This document shows positions 50,024 to 59,455 of a stretch of 64,000 bases of DNA, piece after piece. The DNA is taken from NCBI GenBank assembly GCA_964406665.1, contig CAYOSQ010000010.1, positions 2,870 to 66,869 on the forward strand. Reading direction: 5' to 3'. Position 1 is the stretch's first letter; every line of letters starts with the position of its first letter. The position numbers and the translations under genes are program-made. The notes beneath the pieces are model-generated. The model was not told the DNA's origin, searched no databases, and was given only the letters and a program-made list of their open reading frames with translations. Origin of the DNA: an uncultured Planctomycetia bacterium. GTDB taxonomy: Bacteria > Omnitrophota > Gorgyraeia > VGKH01 > JBHPFN01.

Positions 50024-51322
50024 CTACGACTTCCCTCTTCCTATTGTATAATATTTAAATCCCAGCTTTTTCATCATTTTTTCGTCGTAAATATTTCTAC
50101 CGTCAAAAATAACAGGATGTCTTAAAAGTTTCCTTAGTTGCTTAAAATCAAGTTCTTTAAACTGATTCCACTCAGTGACTAAAACCAAACAATCACTCCC
50201 ACGGGCAACATCATAAGGATCTTTGCAGAATTTAACATCACTTAAAACCTCTTTTGCCTTAGGCATAGCCTGCGGATCAAAAACCTTTATCTTCGCACCC
50301 TCTTCCTGTAAAGTGTTAATAATATCAATTGAAGGAGAATTCCTCATATCATCCGTGCCAGGTTTAAATGATAAACCTAAAATACCGATTACTTTATCTT
50401 TCAGAATCCAGAGTTTTTTCTCTATAAGGCTAACGAACATTTTTTTCTGATCTTCGTTAATTCTTCTCACTTCTCTCAATAATCTAAAATCATACCCATG
50501 CTTCTCGCTAATTTTTATAAAAGCATCTATATCTTTAGGAAAACAGCTTCCGCCATATCCAATACCCGCATCAAGAAAACCTCTTTCAATACGTTTATCT
50601 AAGCCCATACCTTCGGCTACTTTAACCACATCGGCTCCCACACAATCACATATTTGAGAAATAGCATTAATAAAAGATATTTTTGTAGCCAGAAAAGAAT
50701 TAGAAGCATGCTTAATAATCTCTGCAGACTTTATATCAGTAATCACAATTGGTGCTTTAAGCGGACTATATAAATGAGTCAAGATATCCTTTGCCTTCTT
50801 TAACTCAACTCCAACAACCACCCTATCAGGATGCATAAAATCTTTAATCGCTGAGCCCTCCCTTAAAAATTCAGGATTAGAAGCAACGTCAAACTTAACC
50901 TTATTTTTCTTATTGCTTTGAATAGTATGTTTTATCCATTCACCGGTTTCAACCGGAACGGTAGATTTTTCTACAATTACTTTATATGAATTTAGCCCAC
51001 TGGCAATATCCAACGCTACTTTCTCAATACTTGTTAAATCTGCTTCACTGTTAACCTTTGGTGGAGTTCCCACGGCGATAAAAACAACTTCCGCCTTCCT
51101 CATTCCATCTTTTATGCTATGCGTAAAAGAAAGCCGCTTTGCCTGGACATTACGCAGAACCATTTCTCCTAACCCAGGTTCATAAATTGGCATAATGTTC
51201 TTTTTTAACTGCTTAATTTTTTCTTTATTATTATCAACACAGACAACGTTATTGCCTAACTCAGCAAAACATGCCCCTGTAACTAATCCTACGTAACCTG
51301 TACCGACTATTGCAATATTCAT
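50024..51322 (-). CDS. ugd: UDP-glucose 6-dehydrogenase
   Basis: GTGYVGL, PIYEPGL, KSTVP, NPEFLREG, GYGGSCFPKD. Start moved from 51394 to the ATG at 51322 (MNIAIVG), which has a GGAGGAG Shine-Dalgarno and removes the overlap with lptD. Confidence 0.93.
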   Translation of the reverse strand: MNIAIVGTGYVGLVTGACFAELGNNVVCVDNNKEKIKQLKKNIMPIYEPGLGEMVLRNVQAKRLSFTHSIKDGMRKAEVVFIAVGTPPKVNSEADLTSIEKVALDIASGLNSYKVIVEKSTVPVETGEWIKHTIQSNKKNKVKFDVASNPEFLREGSAIKDFMHPDRVVVGVELKKAKDILTHLYSPLKAPIVITDIKSAEIIKHASNSFLATKISFINAISQICDCVGADVVKVAEGMGLDKRIERGFLDAGIGYGGSCFPKDIDAFIKISEKHGYDFRLLREVRRINEDQKKMFVSLIEKKLWILKDKVIGILGLSFKPGTDDMRNSPSIDIINTLQEEGAKIKVFDPQAMPKAKEVLSDVKFCKDPYDVARGSDCLVLVTEWNQFKELDFKQLRKLLRHPVIFDGRNIYDEKMMKKLGFKYYTIGRGKS

Positions 51323-51335
51323 TACTCCTCCGTAT

Positions 51336-53513
51336 TTATTGCTCTGATGATTGGGAACCTGTCTTGCGGCCATTATAGCTTTTGTTAATTTCAAAGCCAG
51401 TTTCAGGAAATGCCTTGATTCTAAAAACCAACCAAATGGTAGAGCCCTCTCCTCTAGTCTGATTAAAACTTAATTCTACACTCCAGCTATGAAGGTCTCG
51501 ATAAATCGTATATTCCTGTTCTTTCAAATCTCCAACATCAAATTCAAAGCGCTCATACGCCCTTATTCTCCACTTAGGATTAATCTTATATGACAATTCT
51601 GCAGTTAATTGTTTGTTAAACTTTCTTTCATATCGATGCCCTACGCCGATAGACCAATCATCATCCTGAAATGTATATAAATCAGTATTAACCGTTTTAA
51701 CGTACCTACCTTTTGTCCCATATCTTGCTTCGTCAAAACCGTAGATAACTTCGTTATCAAACCGCAACCAATCATTAGGTCTAAATTCTAAATCTGATCT
51801 TAGATCTTCAAATTTCCCGTTCCAGTGCGATGAAAAAACATGATCACTGGTTAATGTATGCCTTACTAAATCAACAGACTTACCATTCCTTTTTGTTTGC
51901 AGTTTATTATCTAATTGAATAGTAAATTTATTTTCGCCTTCTAAACTATCTATTCCATCGAACGAATGCAATTTAGTATAAGGAACACTCGGAGGATGAA
52001 TATAGCTATAATTTATTGCAGGATTAAAAACATGTCGAAGTCTTTTAATATCCATTCCCATAAAATCTGACTCAACTTCAAATATTTTATAAAATTTAGT
52101 GCTTAAATCAATACCGCTATAAAATGCACCTCTGACAACATCTTCATAACCATTTTCCTTAGTATCTCCGTAATAAGTTGCACGATAACCAACATAAGGA
52201 TTTGTCTCAATAAAACCAATCTTCTTAGGTATTGAGAATTTATTAAATGTATCTATGCGCGTTGAACTATCTTCCATATCTGTGGGAGAAATCTGTCTAT
52301 CTGTTAAATACGCTGCGGAAGTTGTACTTTTAAAATATACCGGAGAATTTCCGATTTTTCGGCTTACTGTTTCTAGCTTAAGCTCAGGAAGCTTCTCAAC
52401 CTCGGCATAAAATCTGTTTAAACGCTTTTGTGATAATAAACTTAAAGTATAATTTTGATTATAATGTTTAAGTAGAAAATATGATTTAGGGGCTATATCC
52501 TTCTCGTATTCTTTATAATAATAATCTTCAAGAAAATCTATGTCACTCATTTTATTAAGTTCCATAGTAATATCGGTAGTATCGTTTATTTCTTTGTAGT
52601 GGCGAAGCTGGATACGAAAGCGCTCTCTCTCTGAAGTAGGTCCTCCTTCTTCATCCATAATCTTTTTATATAAACGCTTAGCTTCAATAGCTCTCTCATT
52701 CATATAATATGTTCTAAGAATACCTTCTCCGAAAAATCCGGTTTCATATTTTAAGTCTAAACCAGAGCCGACATCTTTTCTTTCTCGATAATCAACATGT
52801 AATTTAGCCTCAACATTATCCGCCAGATAAAAACGCCAAGATGTAAGAAAAAATATCCCCCAGTCCTTGTCTTTTCCAGGAATAACTCTAATTTTTGGAC
52901 GATTTTCATCCAGGCGATGGGTATATTTAGGAAGCCAAAGTACGGGGACTTTTCCAATTAAAAATTTTGCATCTTTTGCAGAAATCTTTTCATCGGGAAC
53001 AATGCTTATTTCGTCAACAGTAAAACGATAATGAGGGTTATCTAAATCAGAAGTAGTCATATATCCGTTTTTAATAACCATCTCATTTTCAGAAACTCGT
53101 TCTATCCTATCTCCATGAACATAATAAGGAGCAATGGCTACATCTGCATTAATAATAGTACCAAAATTTTTCTCGAAATTGTATTCCATCCTTTCCCCGA
53201 CTAAATTTCCCTTCGGAGAATACAACCTTACATTCCCCTCTGCAACAGCAACTTTTGTTTCTGTATTAACTGTAACCTTATCACAGAGTAGTTTAGAATC
53301 CTCATGTACAACTTCTACATTACCCTCAGCAACTACAGTTTTGCCTTCAAACAGAAATTCAACTGTATCCCCATTAACTTCTATAGGAATCTTTTTTGCA
53401 ACTTTTTCACCCTTATCTGCTAAAGAATCATCTTCGGATATAGCAAAATTTACTGCAGTCAATGCAAATAAAAATAGAAACAGTAAACTAAAAACAAAAA
53501 CTTTTTTTATCAT
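51336..53513 (-). CDS. lptD: LPS assembly protein LptD
   Basis: Signal peptide; OstA-like beta-jellyroll ([13 protein letters not shown]); TTSD..PHY, VPVLWLP; amphipathic beta-barrel strands; YRDLHSW near the C-terminus. Start set at ATG 53513 (ATGA overlap with tal). Confidence 0.85.
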   Translation of the reverse strand: MIKKVFVFSLLFLFLFALTAVNFAISEDDSLADKGEKVAKKIPIEVNGDTVEFLFEGKTVVAEGNVEVVHEDSKLLCDKVTVNTETKVAVAEGNVRLYSPKGNLVGERMEYNFEKNFGTIINADVAIAPYYVHGDRIERVSENEMVIKNGYMTTSDLDNPHYRFTVDEISIVPDEKISAKDAKFLIGKVPVLWLPKYTHRLDENRPKIRVIPGKDKDWGIFFLTSWRFYLADNVEAKLHVDYRERKDVGSGLDLKYETGFFGEGILRTYYMNERAIEAKRLYKKIMDEEGGPTSERERFRIQLRHYKEINDTTDITMELNKMSDIDFLEDYYYKEYEKDIAPKSYFLLKHYNQNYTLSLLSQKRLNRFYAEVEKLPELKLETVSRKIGNSPVYFKSTTSAAYLTDRQISPTDMEDSSTRIDTFNKFSIPKKIGFIETNPYVGYRATYYGDTKENGYEDVVRGAFYSGIDLSTKFYKIFEVESDFMGMDIKRLRHVFNPAINYSYIHPPSVPYTKLHSFDGIDSLEGENKFTIQLDNKLQTKRNGKSVDLVRHTLTSDHVFSSHWNGKFEDLRSDLEFRPNDWLRFDNEVIYGFDEARYGTKGRYVKTVNTDLYTFQDDDWSIGVGHRYERKFNKQLTAELSYKINPKWRIRAYERFEFDVGDLKEQEYTIYRDLHSWSVELSFNQTRGEGSTIWLVFRIKAFPETGFEINKSYNGRKTGSQSSEQ

Positions 53514-54157
53514 TTTTGAGCAACCTTCTTCCAATCCTCTAGAAATCTTTCAATACCTATATCTGTTAATGGATGTTTAAGTAGCTGTTCAATTACCTTA
53601 AAAGGGATAGTCGCAATATCTGCGCCTAATCTTGCAGCATCTAAAACATGCAAAGGGTTTCTGATACTGGCAACTATAATTTCAGTCTGAAAATCATAAT
53701 TATCATAAATCAAACGAATATCTTCAATAATACTCATGCCTATATGACTTATGTCATCCAGCCGTCCGATAAACGGACTAATATAAGTGGCTCCGGCCTT
53801 CGCGGCAAAAAGTGCCTGAGATGCAGAAAAACAAAGTGTAACATTGGTTTTTATATTTTCTTTAGATAACACCCTAACTGCCTTTAAGCCCTCTTTATTT
53901 AAGGGGATTTTGATAACAATATTCTTATGAATCTTAGCTAAAACCTTTGCTTCTTCAACCATGATATCCGCTTCAAGAGAAATTACTTCTGCGCTAATAG
54001 GTCCGTCCACTATAGAGCAAATTTCTTTTAAAAGTTCATTTGGTTTACGATCTTCTTTAGACATTAAAGTTGGATTTGTAGTTACACCATCTATTGCTCC
54101 CCAACTTGCAGCTTCCCTTATCTGATCAACATTTGCTGTATCGATAAAAATCTTCAT
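53510..54157 (-). CDS. tal: Transaldolase / fructose-6-phosphate aldolase (short TalC/Fsa type)
   Basis: [47 protein letters not shown]. Confidence 0.93.
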   Translation of the reverse strand: MKIFIDTANVDQIREAASWGAIDGVTTNPTLMSKEDRKPNELLKEICSIVDGPISAEVISLEADIMVEEAKVLAKIHKNIVIKIPLNKEGLKAVRVLSKENIKTNVTLCFSASQALFAAKAGATYISPFIGRLDDISHIGMSIIEDIRLIYDNYDFQTEIIVASIRNPLHVLDAARLGADIATIPFKVIEQLLKHPLTDIGIERFLEDWKKVAQK

Positions 54158-54168
54158 TCAACGTTCCC

Positions 54169-55101
54169 CTATAATTTCTTTTGCAAATTTTCTTTAACTA
54201 AAATAGCTGCACCCAAAATTCCAGCATCAGAACCAAGCTGTGCCTTTAAGATCTTCACTGCTCTGGAATGATTAGGCATCGCTCTAGACTTCACTGTTTT
54301 ATTAATACTGTCAAAAAGAACTTTTCCCGCATTGGACACACCGCCGCCAACAACAATCTTTTTTGGATTTAAAAGATTCACAACTCCACTTAAAACAACC
54401 CCTACCTTCTCTCCGACATCTTGCCAAACCTTTATTGCTTTTTTATTACCCTGTTTAGATAATTTAGATAATCCTTCTAAAGTAATGTGAGGGCTAACTT
54501 TACTTCTTGCGATAGCTAAGATATTCCTATTTCCCACATACTTCTCAAGACATCCTCTGCCGGTACAGCTGCATTTAGAACCATGTTCATTGATTGGCAT
54601 ATGCCCAATTTCTCCAGCTAAGAAACTAGAACCCCTGTACATCTTTCCATCTAGAATCAATCCTCCGCCAACTCCAGTGCCTAAAGTAATACAAATCATA
54701 TCTTCAGAACCTCTTCCAGCTCCTAGCTTCCATTCTCCTAAAGTAATAACATTAACATCGTTGTCGATAAAAGTTTTAATTCCGGCAGTCTCTTGCATCC
54801 AACGTTTTAAAGGAAAGTTTTTCCATCCCGGAATATTAGGCAAAAAATGAACCAGGCCTTTATTTACATCAACAGGACCTGGCACCCCAATTCCAATACC
54901 CAAAACTTCATTTTTTCTGATGTTTCTTTTATCAAGAAGCTCATTAACTTGCCTTACCATCTCCTTTAACAAGCTTAATCTATTTGAATATTTCTTCGTA
55001 GAGATGCTTTCTTTCTCAAGCATCTTCATATTGGGATTTAACAATCCAATTTTTACGAAGGTTCCACCTAAGTCTATGCCAATTATAAACTTATTTCTCA
55101 T
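54169..55101 (-). CDS. ROK family sugar kinase (glucokinase-like)
   Basis: GIDLGGT, GIGVPG, DNDVN, TLGTGVGGG, GEIGH, CSCTGRGCLE. Confidence 0.92.
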   Translation of the reverse strand: MRNKFIIGIDLGGTFVKIGLLNPNMKMLEKESISTKKYSNRLSLLKEMVRQVNELLDKRNIRKNEVLGIGIGVPGPVDVNKGLVHFLPNIPGWKNFPLKRWMQETAGIKTFIDNDVNVITLGEWKLGAGRGSEDMICITLGTGVGGGLILDGKMYRGSSFLAGEIGHMPINEHGSKCSCTGRGCLEKYVGNRNILAIARSKVSPHITLEGLSKLSKQGNKKAIKVWQDVGEKVGVVLSGVVNLLNPKKIVVGGGVSNAGKVLFDSINKTVKSRAMPNHSRAVKILKAQLGSDAGILGAAILVKENLQKKL

Positions 55102-55135
55102 TGCTAAGGATAGTTTTTTGCTTAATTTTGGATTG

Positions 55136-55164
55136 ATTATAGCCTAAATCAAGATGGATTGCAA
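55136..55164 (-). promoter_or_regulatory. Sigma70-type promoter for the ROK-tal-lptD-glycan operon
   Basis: Minus strand TTGCAA-N17-TATAAT in the 75-nt gap, about 35 nt upstream of the ROK start codon. Confidence 0.75.
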
Positions 55165-55176
55165 GCTTATTTGAAG

Positions 55177-56187
55177 CTATTTTTGTTGATAGTGGCCGAA
55201 AATGCAGACTTGATTCTTACCTAATTTCTTTGCCCGATAAAGCGACCAGTCGGCTTTATCTATGAACTCTTCCGGGTTCTTAGAATCCTCTGGAAAGGTT
55301 GCAATGCCTATACTTATAGTCACGCTGAATTTCTCATCATATGTTTTAATCTGTTTTTTGCTTACTGCAGTACAAATACGTTCTGCAACTAGCTTTGCAG
55401 CACCCTTAGCAGTGTCAGTTAGAACAACGGAGAATTCTTCCCCACCGTAGCGACCAGCTAGGTCAATCTCTCGTATGTTTTCCTTTATTATCTCAGCAAC
55501 TTCCCTTAAAATTACGTCACCGGAAAGATGGCCATATCTATCGTTAATAGATTTAAAGTTATCAACATCTAGCATAAGAAAAGAAAGATCGAGTTTATAT
55601 TTTTTAGCTCGTTGAATTTCTTCGTTATATCTTTCCATAAAATATCGACGAGTAAACAGTTGAGTTAAGCTATCCGAAATTGCAAGATGCTCAATCTCTT
55701 CGTACAACCTAACCCTTCTTAAGTGCAGTGCTAGCTGACTAAGTAAGACGTTCATTCTCTCCTTATCAAAATCAGATAAACCCTTTACCGCAAGATTTCC
55801 CAAAGTCTTTCTGTGAGAACGAATCGGAAATGTTTCATATTCTGAAAACGATTCCAGATTTATATGGTGACTTAATACCCGACAGTCATCAAACTTCATA
55901 TAATCCCGTAATTTAGATATGAAAACATTAACAACATCATCCTCGGTTAATGATTTAGTTAAATCTTTAGTAAGATCATACAGAGTAAATATATCATGAG
56001 CAGAGGTTTCAAGCTTAGTTATGGAAAAATCGTGTAATTCACTTTTTTCCTTAAGATCATCACAACGCTTTTTTAATTTTAGGAAATCATGATTTAAATT
56101 AATAAAACGGTCAGATAGTATTTTGCGAAATTGCAACAAAATCAGCATTGAGAAAACTATTAACAAAAGCAACATTAACAACTGCAT
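55177..56187 (-). CDS. Membrane-anchored diguanylate cyclase (TM, coiled coil, reduced GAF, GGDEF)
   Basis: DSLTQL, DVDNFKSINDRYGHLSGD, I-site REID, RYGGEEF. Confidence 0.92.
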   Translation of the reverse strand: MQLLMLLLLIVFSMLILLQFRKILSDRFINLNHDFLKLKKRCDDLKEKSELHDFSITKLETSAHDIFTLYDLTKDLTKSLTEDDVVNVFISKLRDYMKFDDCRVLSHHINLESFSEYETFPIRSHRKTLGNLAVKGLSDFDKERMNVLLSQLALHLRRVRLYEEIEHLAISDSLTQLFTRRYFMERYNEEIQRAKKYKLDLSFLMLDVDNFKSINDRYGHLSGDVILREVAEIIKENIREIDLAGRYGGEEFSVVLTDTAKGAAKLVAERICTAVSKKQIKTYDEKFSVTISIGIATFPEDSKNPEEFIDKADWSLYRAKKLGKNQVCIFGHYQQK

Positions 56188-57470
56188 ACTCTATCTTTTC
56201 CTTTTTGTTTTGCTTTATACAATGCGCTATCAGCCTTTTGCACCAACTCTTCTTTCTGGCGTAAATCCTTAGGGAAAGAAGCAACACCAATAGAAACAGC
56301 TATAGGAATATACTTATTTCTAAGAAGAATTTGGGTTTCTTTAACTTTTTCTCTGGCTTGTTCTGCCAGCTGCAAAGCAGATTTCTTAGAAACATTTGGC
56401 AGCAGCACAGCAAACTCCTCACCACCATACCTGCAAACAATATTACCTGCTTGACTAAAAACACTCAATAAAGTCTTGCTTATGTGCCTCAAAAGAATAT
56501 CTCCGGCAATATGGCCGAATTTATCGTTATAAGTTTTAAAATTATCAATATCTATCATCAATAAAGAAATTTCTGATTCACTTGATACAGCTCTTTGAAA
56601 CTCGATGTTTAGTCTATCAAAGAAATACCTTCTTAAAAATAAACCAGTTAATCCATCTTTAATTGCTAGCTCCTTAGTTCTTCTAAACAACTGTGCATTC
56701 TCAATTGCAATTGCACCTAAATCGGCAATGGTAGAAAGTAATCTTAAATCCTCCGATGAAAACTCGTGGTCTTTTCCATTATCAATCCTTATTATACCAA
56801 TGATTCTTTTTCCAATAATCAAAGGCGCGCTGATAATAGAGCGCATCTTTCTGGGATTTTCATTGCTTATCTTCTCAAAATCAAAACGGAAATCATTTTT
56901 TACATCTTCAACCAATAGCGGTTGCATTTTACTTAATACCCAACTATCAAAAATATCTCCCTGCTTGGTCTGAATTCCATATTTTACGCTTGGCCGTTTA
57001 GTTGCTTCAATAGAAAGCTGTTTTGTTTTTTTATCCACCAGATATAGAATATAAGTATTATCTTTTTTCTGAATCAGTCGATAAATTTCCTTAATAAGAA
57101 TTTTAATAGTATCTTCCAAATCAAAATTCTTACCTAAATTCTCTGTTAATCCTTTTAGAGAACTGTATCTGGAAATTGATTTGCCTAAAGACTCAATTCT
57201 TAAATCATCCTTATGAGCTCTATCGGAAAATAAATTTATCTGCTCTTGAACATTTTCCTTATCGAGCAGTAAAATACCTCTATTCTTTTGATATTGTTTC
57301 CATATGCCAATAAAAAAACAAGCAAATATAAAATACGTTATGCTTGTTATTTTTAAAAAATCCGGATTGAATTTAAAGCTATAAAAGAGAAAAAGAGACA
57401 GGTAGACTACAAAAGCAGCCACTAGAAGAACAACGCTATTAAATAATGGTTTTTTCTGTTTCCTTATCAA
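56175..57470 (-). CDS. Membrane-anchored GAF-GGDEF diguanylate cyclase
   Basis: Two N-terminal TM helices; GAF (SIISAPL..IGII..FSSEDLRLL); DGLTGL, DIDNFKTYNDKFGH, RYGGEEF; no RxxD I-site; start codon (TTG) uncertain. Confidence 0.92.
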   Translation of the reverse strand: MIRKQKKPLFNSVVLLVAAFVVYLSLFLFYSFKFNPDFLKITSITYFIFACFFIGIWKQYQKNRGILLLDKENVQEQINLFSDRAHKDDLRIESLGKSISRYSSLKGLTENLGKNFDLEDTIKILIKEIYRLIQKKDNTYILYLVDKKTKQLSIEATKRPSVKYGIQTKQGDIFDSWVLSKMQPLLVEDVKNDFRFDFEKISNENPRKMRSIISAPLIIGKRIIGIIRIDNGKDHEFSSEDLRLLSTIADLGAIAIENAQLFRRTKELAIKDGLTGLFLRRYFFDRLNIEFQRAVSSESEISLLMIDIDNFKTYNDKFGHIAGDILLRHISKTLLSVFSQAGNIVCRYGGEEFAVLLPNVSKKSALQLAEQAREKVKETQILLRNKYIPIAVSIGVASFPKDLRQKEELVQKADSALYKAKQKGKDRVCSC

Positions 57471-58542
57471 AGAAATGAACCTTACTCATATCGAAGACTA
57501 GGTCAATATCGCGGTTGATCTCTGGTCTATCATGCGCTCCGACTCGAGCAATAAAAGTATGTTTGCCAGTATTAAGGTATAAATACACCTCTGAACCCAT
57601 GGGCTCAAACACTTCACAATTAACTCTTACGATGTTCTCTGGCGGGGCTTCAGACACAAATAATTTATCATAAACATCTTCGGGTCTTATCCCAAGGATG
57701 ATTTCTTTTCCTATGTATTTCTTAAGATAAGGATACATATCCTCAACTATTTTAACATTTACTTTACCTTCATCGAAATAAAGACGCCCATCTTTTTTCA
57801 CTATGTTTCCTTCTAGGAAATTCATCGGAGGAGTACCAATAAAACCGGCAACGAACTTATTCGCCGGCTTATCGTATACTGTTATAGGATCAGCAACTTG
57901 CTGAATCTTTCCATCTTTCATAACAGCAATCCTATTCCCCATTGTCATAGCTTCGGTTTGATCGTGAGTAACATATATCATAGTTGTTTGAAGTCTTAAG
58001 TGCAGCTTGTGAATCTCAGTGCGCATTTGAACACGCATTTTTGCATCTAAATTACTCAAAGGTTCATCGAACAAAAATACTAGAGGCTTACGCACAATAG
58101 CCCTTCCCACTGCTACCCTTTGACGCTCTCCACCTGATAGTTGCTTAGGCCTTCTATCAAGTAATTTTTTAATTCCTAAAATCTCTGCCGCCTCAGCAAC
58201 GCGTCGCTCAATCTCCATTTTGGGATAGCGTCTTAACTTAAGCCCGAATGACATATTTTCAGAAACGGTCATATGAGGATAAAGCGCATAGTTTTGAAAT
58301 ACCATGGCAATATCTCTATCTTTGGCGGGAATATCGTTTACTATTCTATTGCCAATAAAAATTTCACCTTCAGAAATTTCTTCTAATCCAGCAATCATTC
58401 TAAGCGTAGTAGACTTTCCACAGCCGGAAGGTCCGACTAAAACCATAAATTCTTTATTTTCAATGCCTAGATTTACGTCGGAAACAGCACGGACTTTACC
58501 TGAGTAGATTTTATTAATTTTTCTTAGGCTTACTTGAGCCAT
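57439..58542 (-). CDS. Carbohydrate ABC transporter ATP-binding subunit (MalK/UgpC/MsmX family)
   Basis: GPSGCGKST, VFQNYALYPH, LSGGERQR, FDEPLSNLD, YVTHDQ; C-terminal TOBE domain. Confidence 0.95.
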   Translation of the reverse strand: MAQVSLRKINKIYSGKVRAVSDVNLGIENKEFMVLVGPSGCGKSTTLRMIAGLEEISEGEIFIGNRIVNDIPAKDRDIAMVFQNYALYPHMTVSENMSFGLKLRRYPKMEIERRVAEAAEILGIKKLLDRRPKQLSGGERQRVAVGRAIVRKPLVFLFDEPLSNLDAKMRVQMRTEIHKLHLRLQTTMIYVTHDQTEAMTMGNRIAVMKDGKIQQVADPITVYDKPANKFVAGFIGTPPMNFLEGNIVKKDGRLYFDEGKVNVKIVEDMYPYLKKYIGKEIILGIRPEDVYDKLFVSEAPPENIVRVNCEVFEPMGSEVYLYLNTGKHTFIARVGAHDRPEINRDIDLVFDMSKVHFFDKETEKTII

Positions 58543-58566
58543 TGCTACCTCTTGATTTAAGTGTTA

Positions 58567-58594
58567 ATTATAGCAAATGGAGATCTTATTTCAA
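58567..58594 (-). promoter_or_regulatory. Sigma70-type promoter with extended -10 for the ABC ATPase-DGC-DGC unit
   Basis: Minus strand TTGAAA-N16-TATAAT with TG one base upstream of the -10 (TGcTATAAT); the -35 overlaps the accD stop; GAGGT Shine-Dalgarno downstream. Confidence 0.65.
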
Positions 58595-59430
58595 CCAAAA
58601 TAATCAATTAATTTACTTAATGTTGCCTTCATATCTTTTCTATCCACTATCGTATCTATTAAACCGTGCTCCAACAAAAATTCAGAACTTTGGAACCCAT
58701 TTGGTAATTTTTGTTTTGTTGTCTGTTCAATTACCCTAGGACCAGCAAAACCAATAAGCGCTTTCGGCTCGGCGACAATCACATCTCCCAAACCTGCAAA
58801 AGACGCCATAACTCCACCCATAGTAGGATTAGTCAAAACGGAGATATAAGCTAACCCGGCATCATGGTGCTTAGCCAAGGCAGCTGATGTCTTAGCCATC
58901 TGCATCAGAGAAAACATACCTTCATACATTCTTGCCCCACCACCTGAACCTGATACTATTATAAGAGGAAGCTTTTTTTCAGTAGCAAGCTCAGTAGCCC
59001 GGACAACTTTTTCTCCCACAACAGAACCCATTGAACCCATTATAAAACGAGAATCTGTTACACATAAAACTACTTTCTTTCCCTCAACTTTTCCTTCGCC
59101 GGTAATCGCCGCATCTTTTAACCCGGTTTTCTTCTGATCCTGGGAAAGTTTCTCAATATAAGTTTTTGGGCCTTTAAAATTAAGAGGATCTACTGATTGT
59201 AATCCAGCATCAAATTCTTTGAATGTGTTTCTATCGATTACTGACTTAATCCTCTCATGTGCAGTTAGGGAAAAATGATAATTGCACTTAGGGCAAACTT
59301 TTGAGTTCTCATCAAGGTTCTTTTTATAAAGTGGCTGCGAACAACCTTCGCATTTTTTCCAGAGACCATCAGGAATTATTTTTTTCTTAACCCTAACAGT
59401 AGTATATTTTCTTCTTCCAAATAATGCCAT
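58591..59430 (-). CDS. accD: Acetyl-CoA carboxylase carboxyltransferase beta subunit
   Basis: GLWKKCEGC..CPKC zinc finger, GSMGSVVGEK, GGARMYEG..SLMQM, PTMGGV.ASF, IGFAGPRVIEQT. Confidence 0.97.
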   Translation of the reverse strand: MALFGRRKYTTVRVKKKIIPDGLWKKCEGCSQPLYKKNLDENSKVCPKCNYHFSLTAHERIKSVIDRNTFKEFDAGLQSVDPLNFKGPKTYIEKLSQDQKKTGLKDAAITGEGKVEGKKVVLCVTDSRFIMGSMGSVVGEKVVRATELATEKKLPLIIVSGSGGGARMYEGMFSLMQMAKTSAALAKHHDAGLAYISVLTNPTMGGVMASFAGLGDVIVAEPKALIGFAGPRVIEQTTKQKLPNGFQSSEFLLEHGLIDTIVDRKDMKATLSKLIDYFG

Positions 59431-59455
59431 AGTTATCTTCTATCCTACTAGAAAA

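Noticed and set aside
51323-51394. 24-aa N-terminal extension of Ugd given in the ORF track
   Set aside because: It overlaps the lptD 3' end; the ATG at 51322 has a strong GGAGGAG Shine-Dalgarno and gives the canonical N-terminus.
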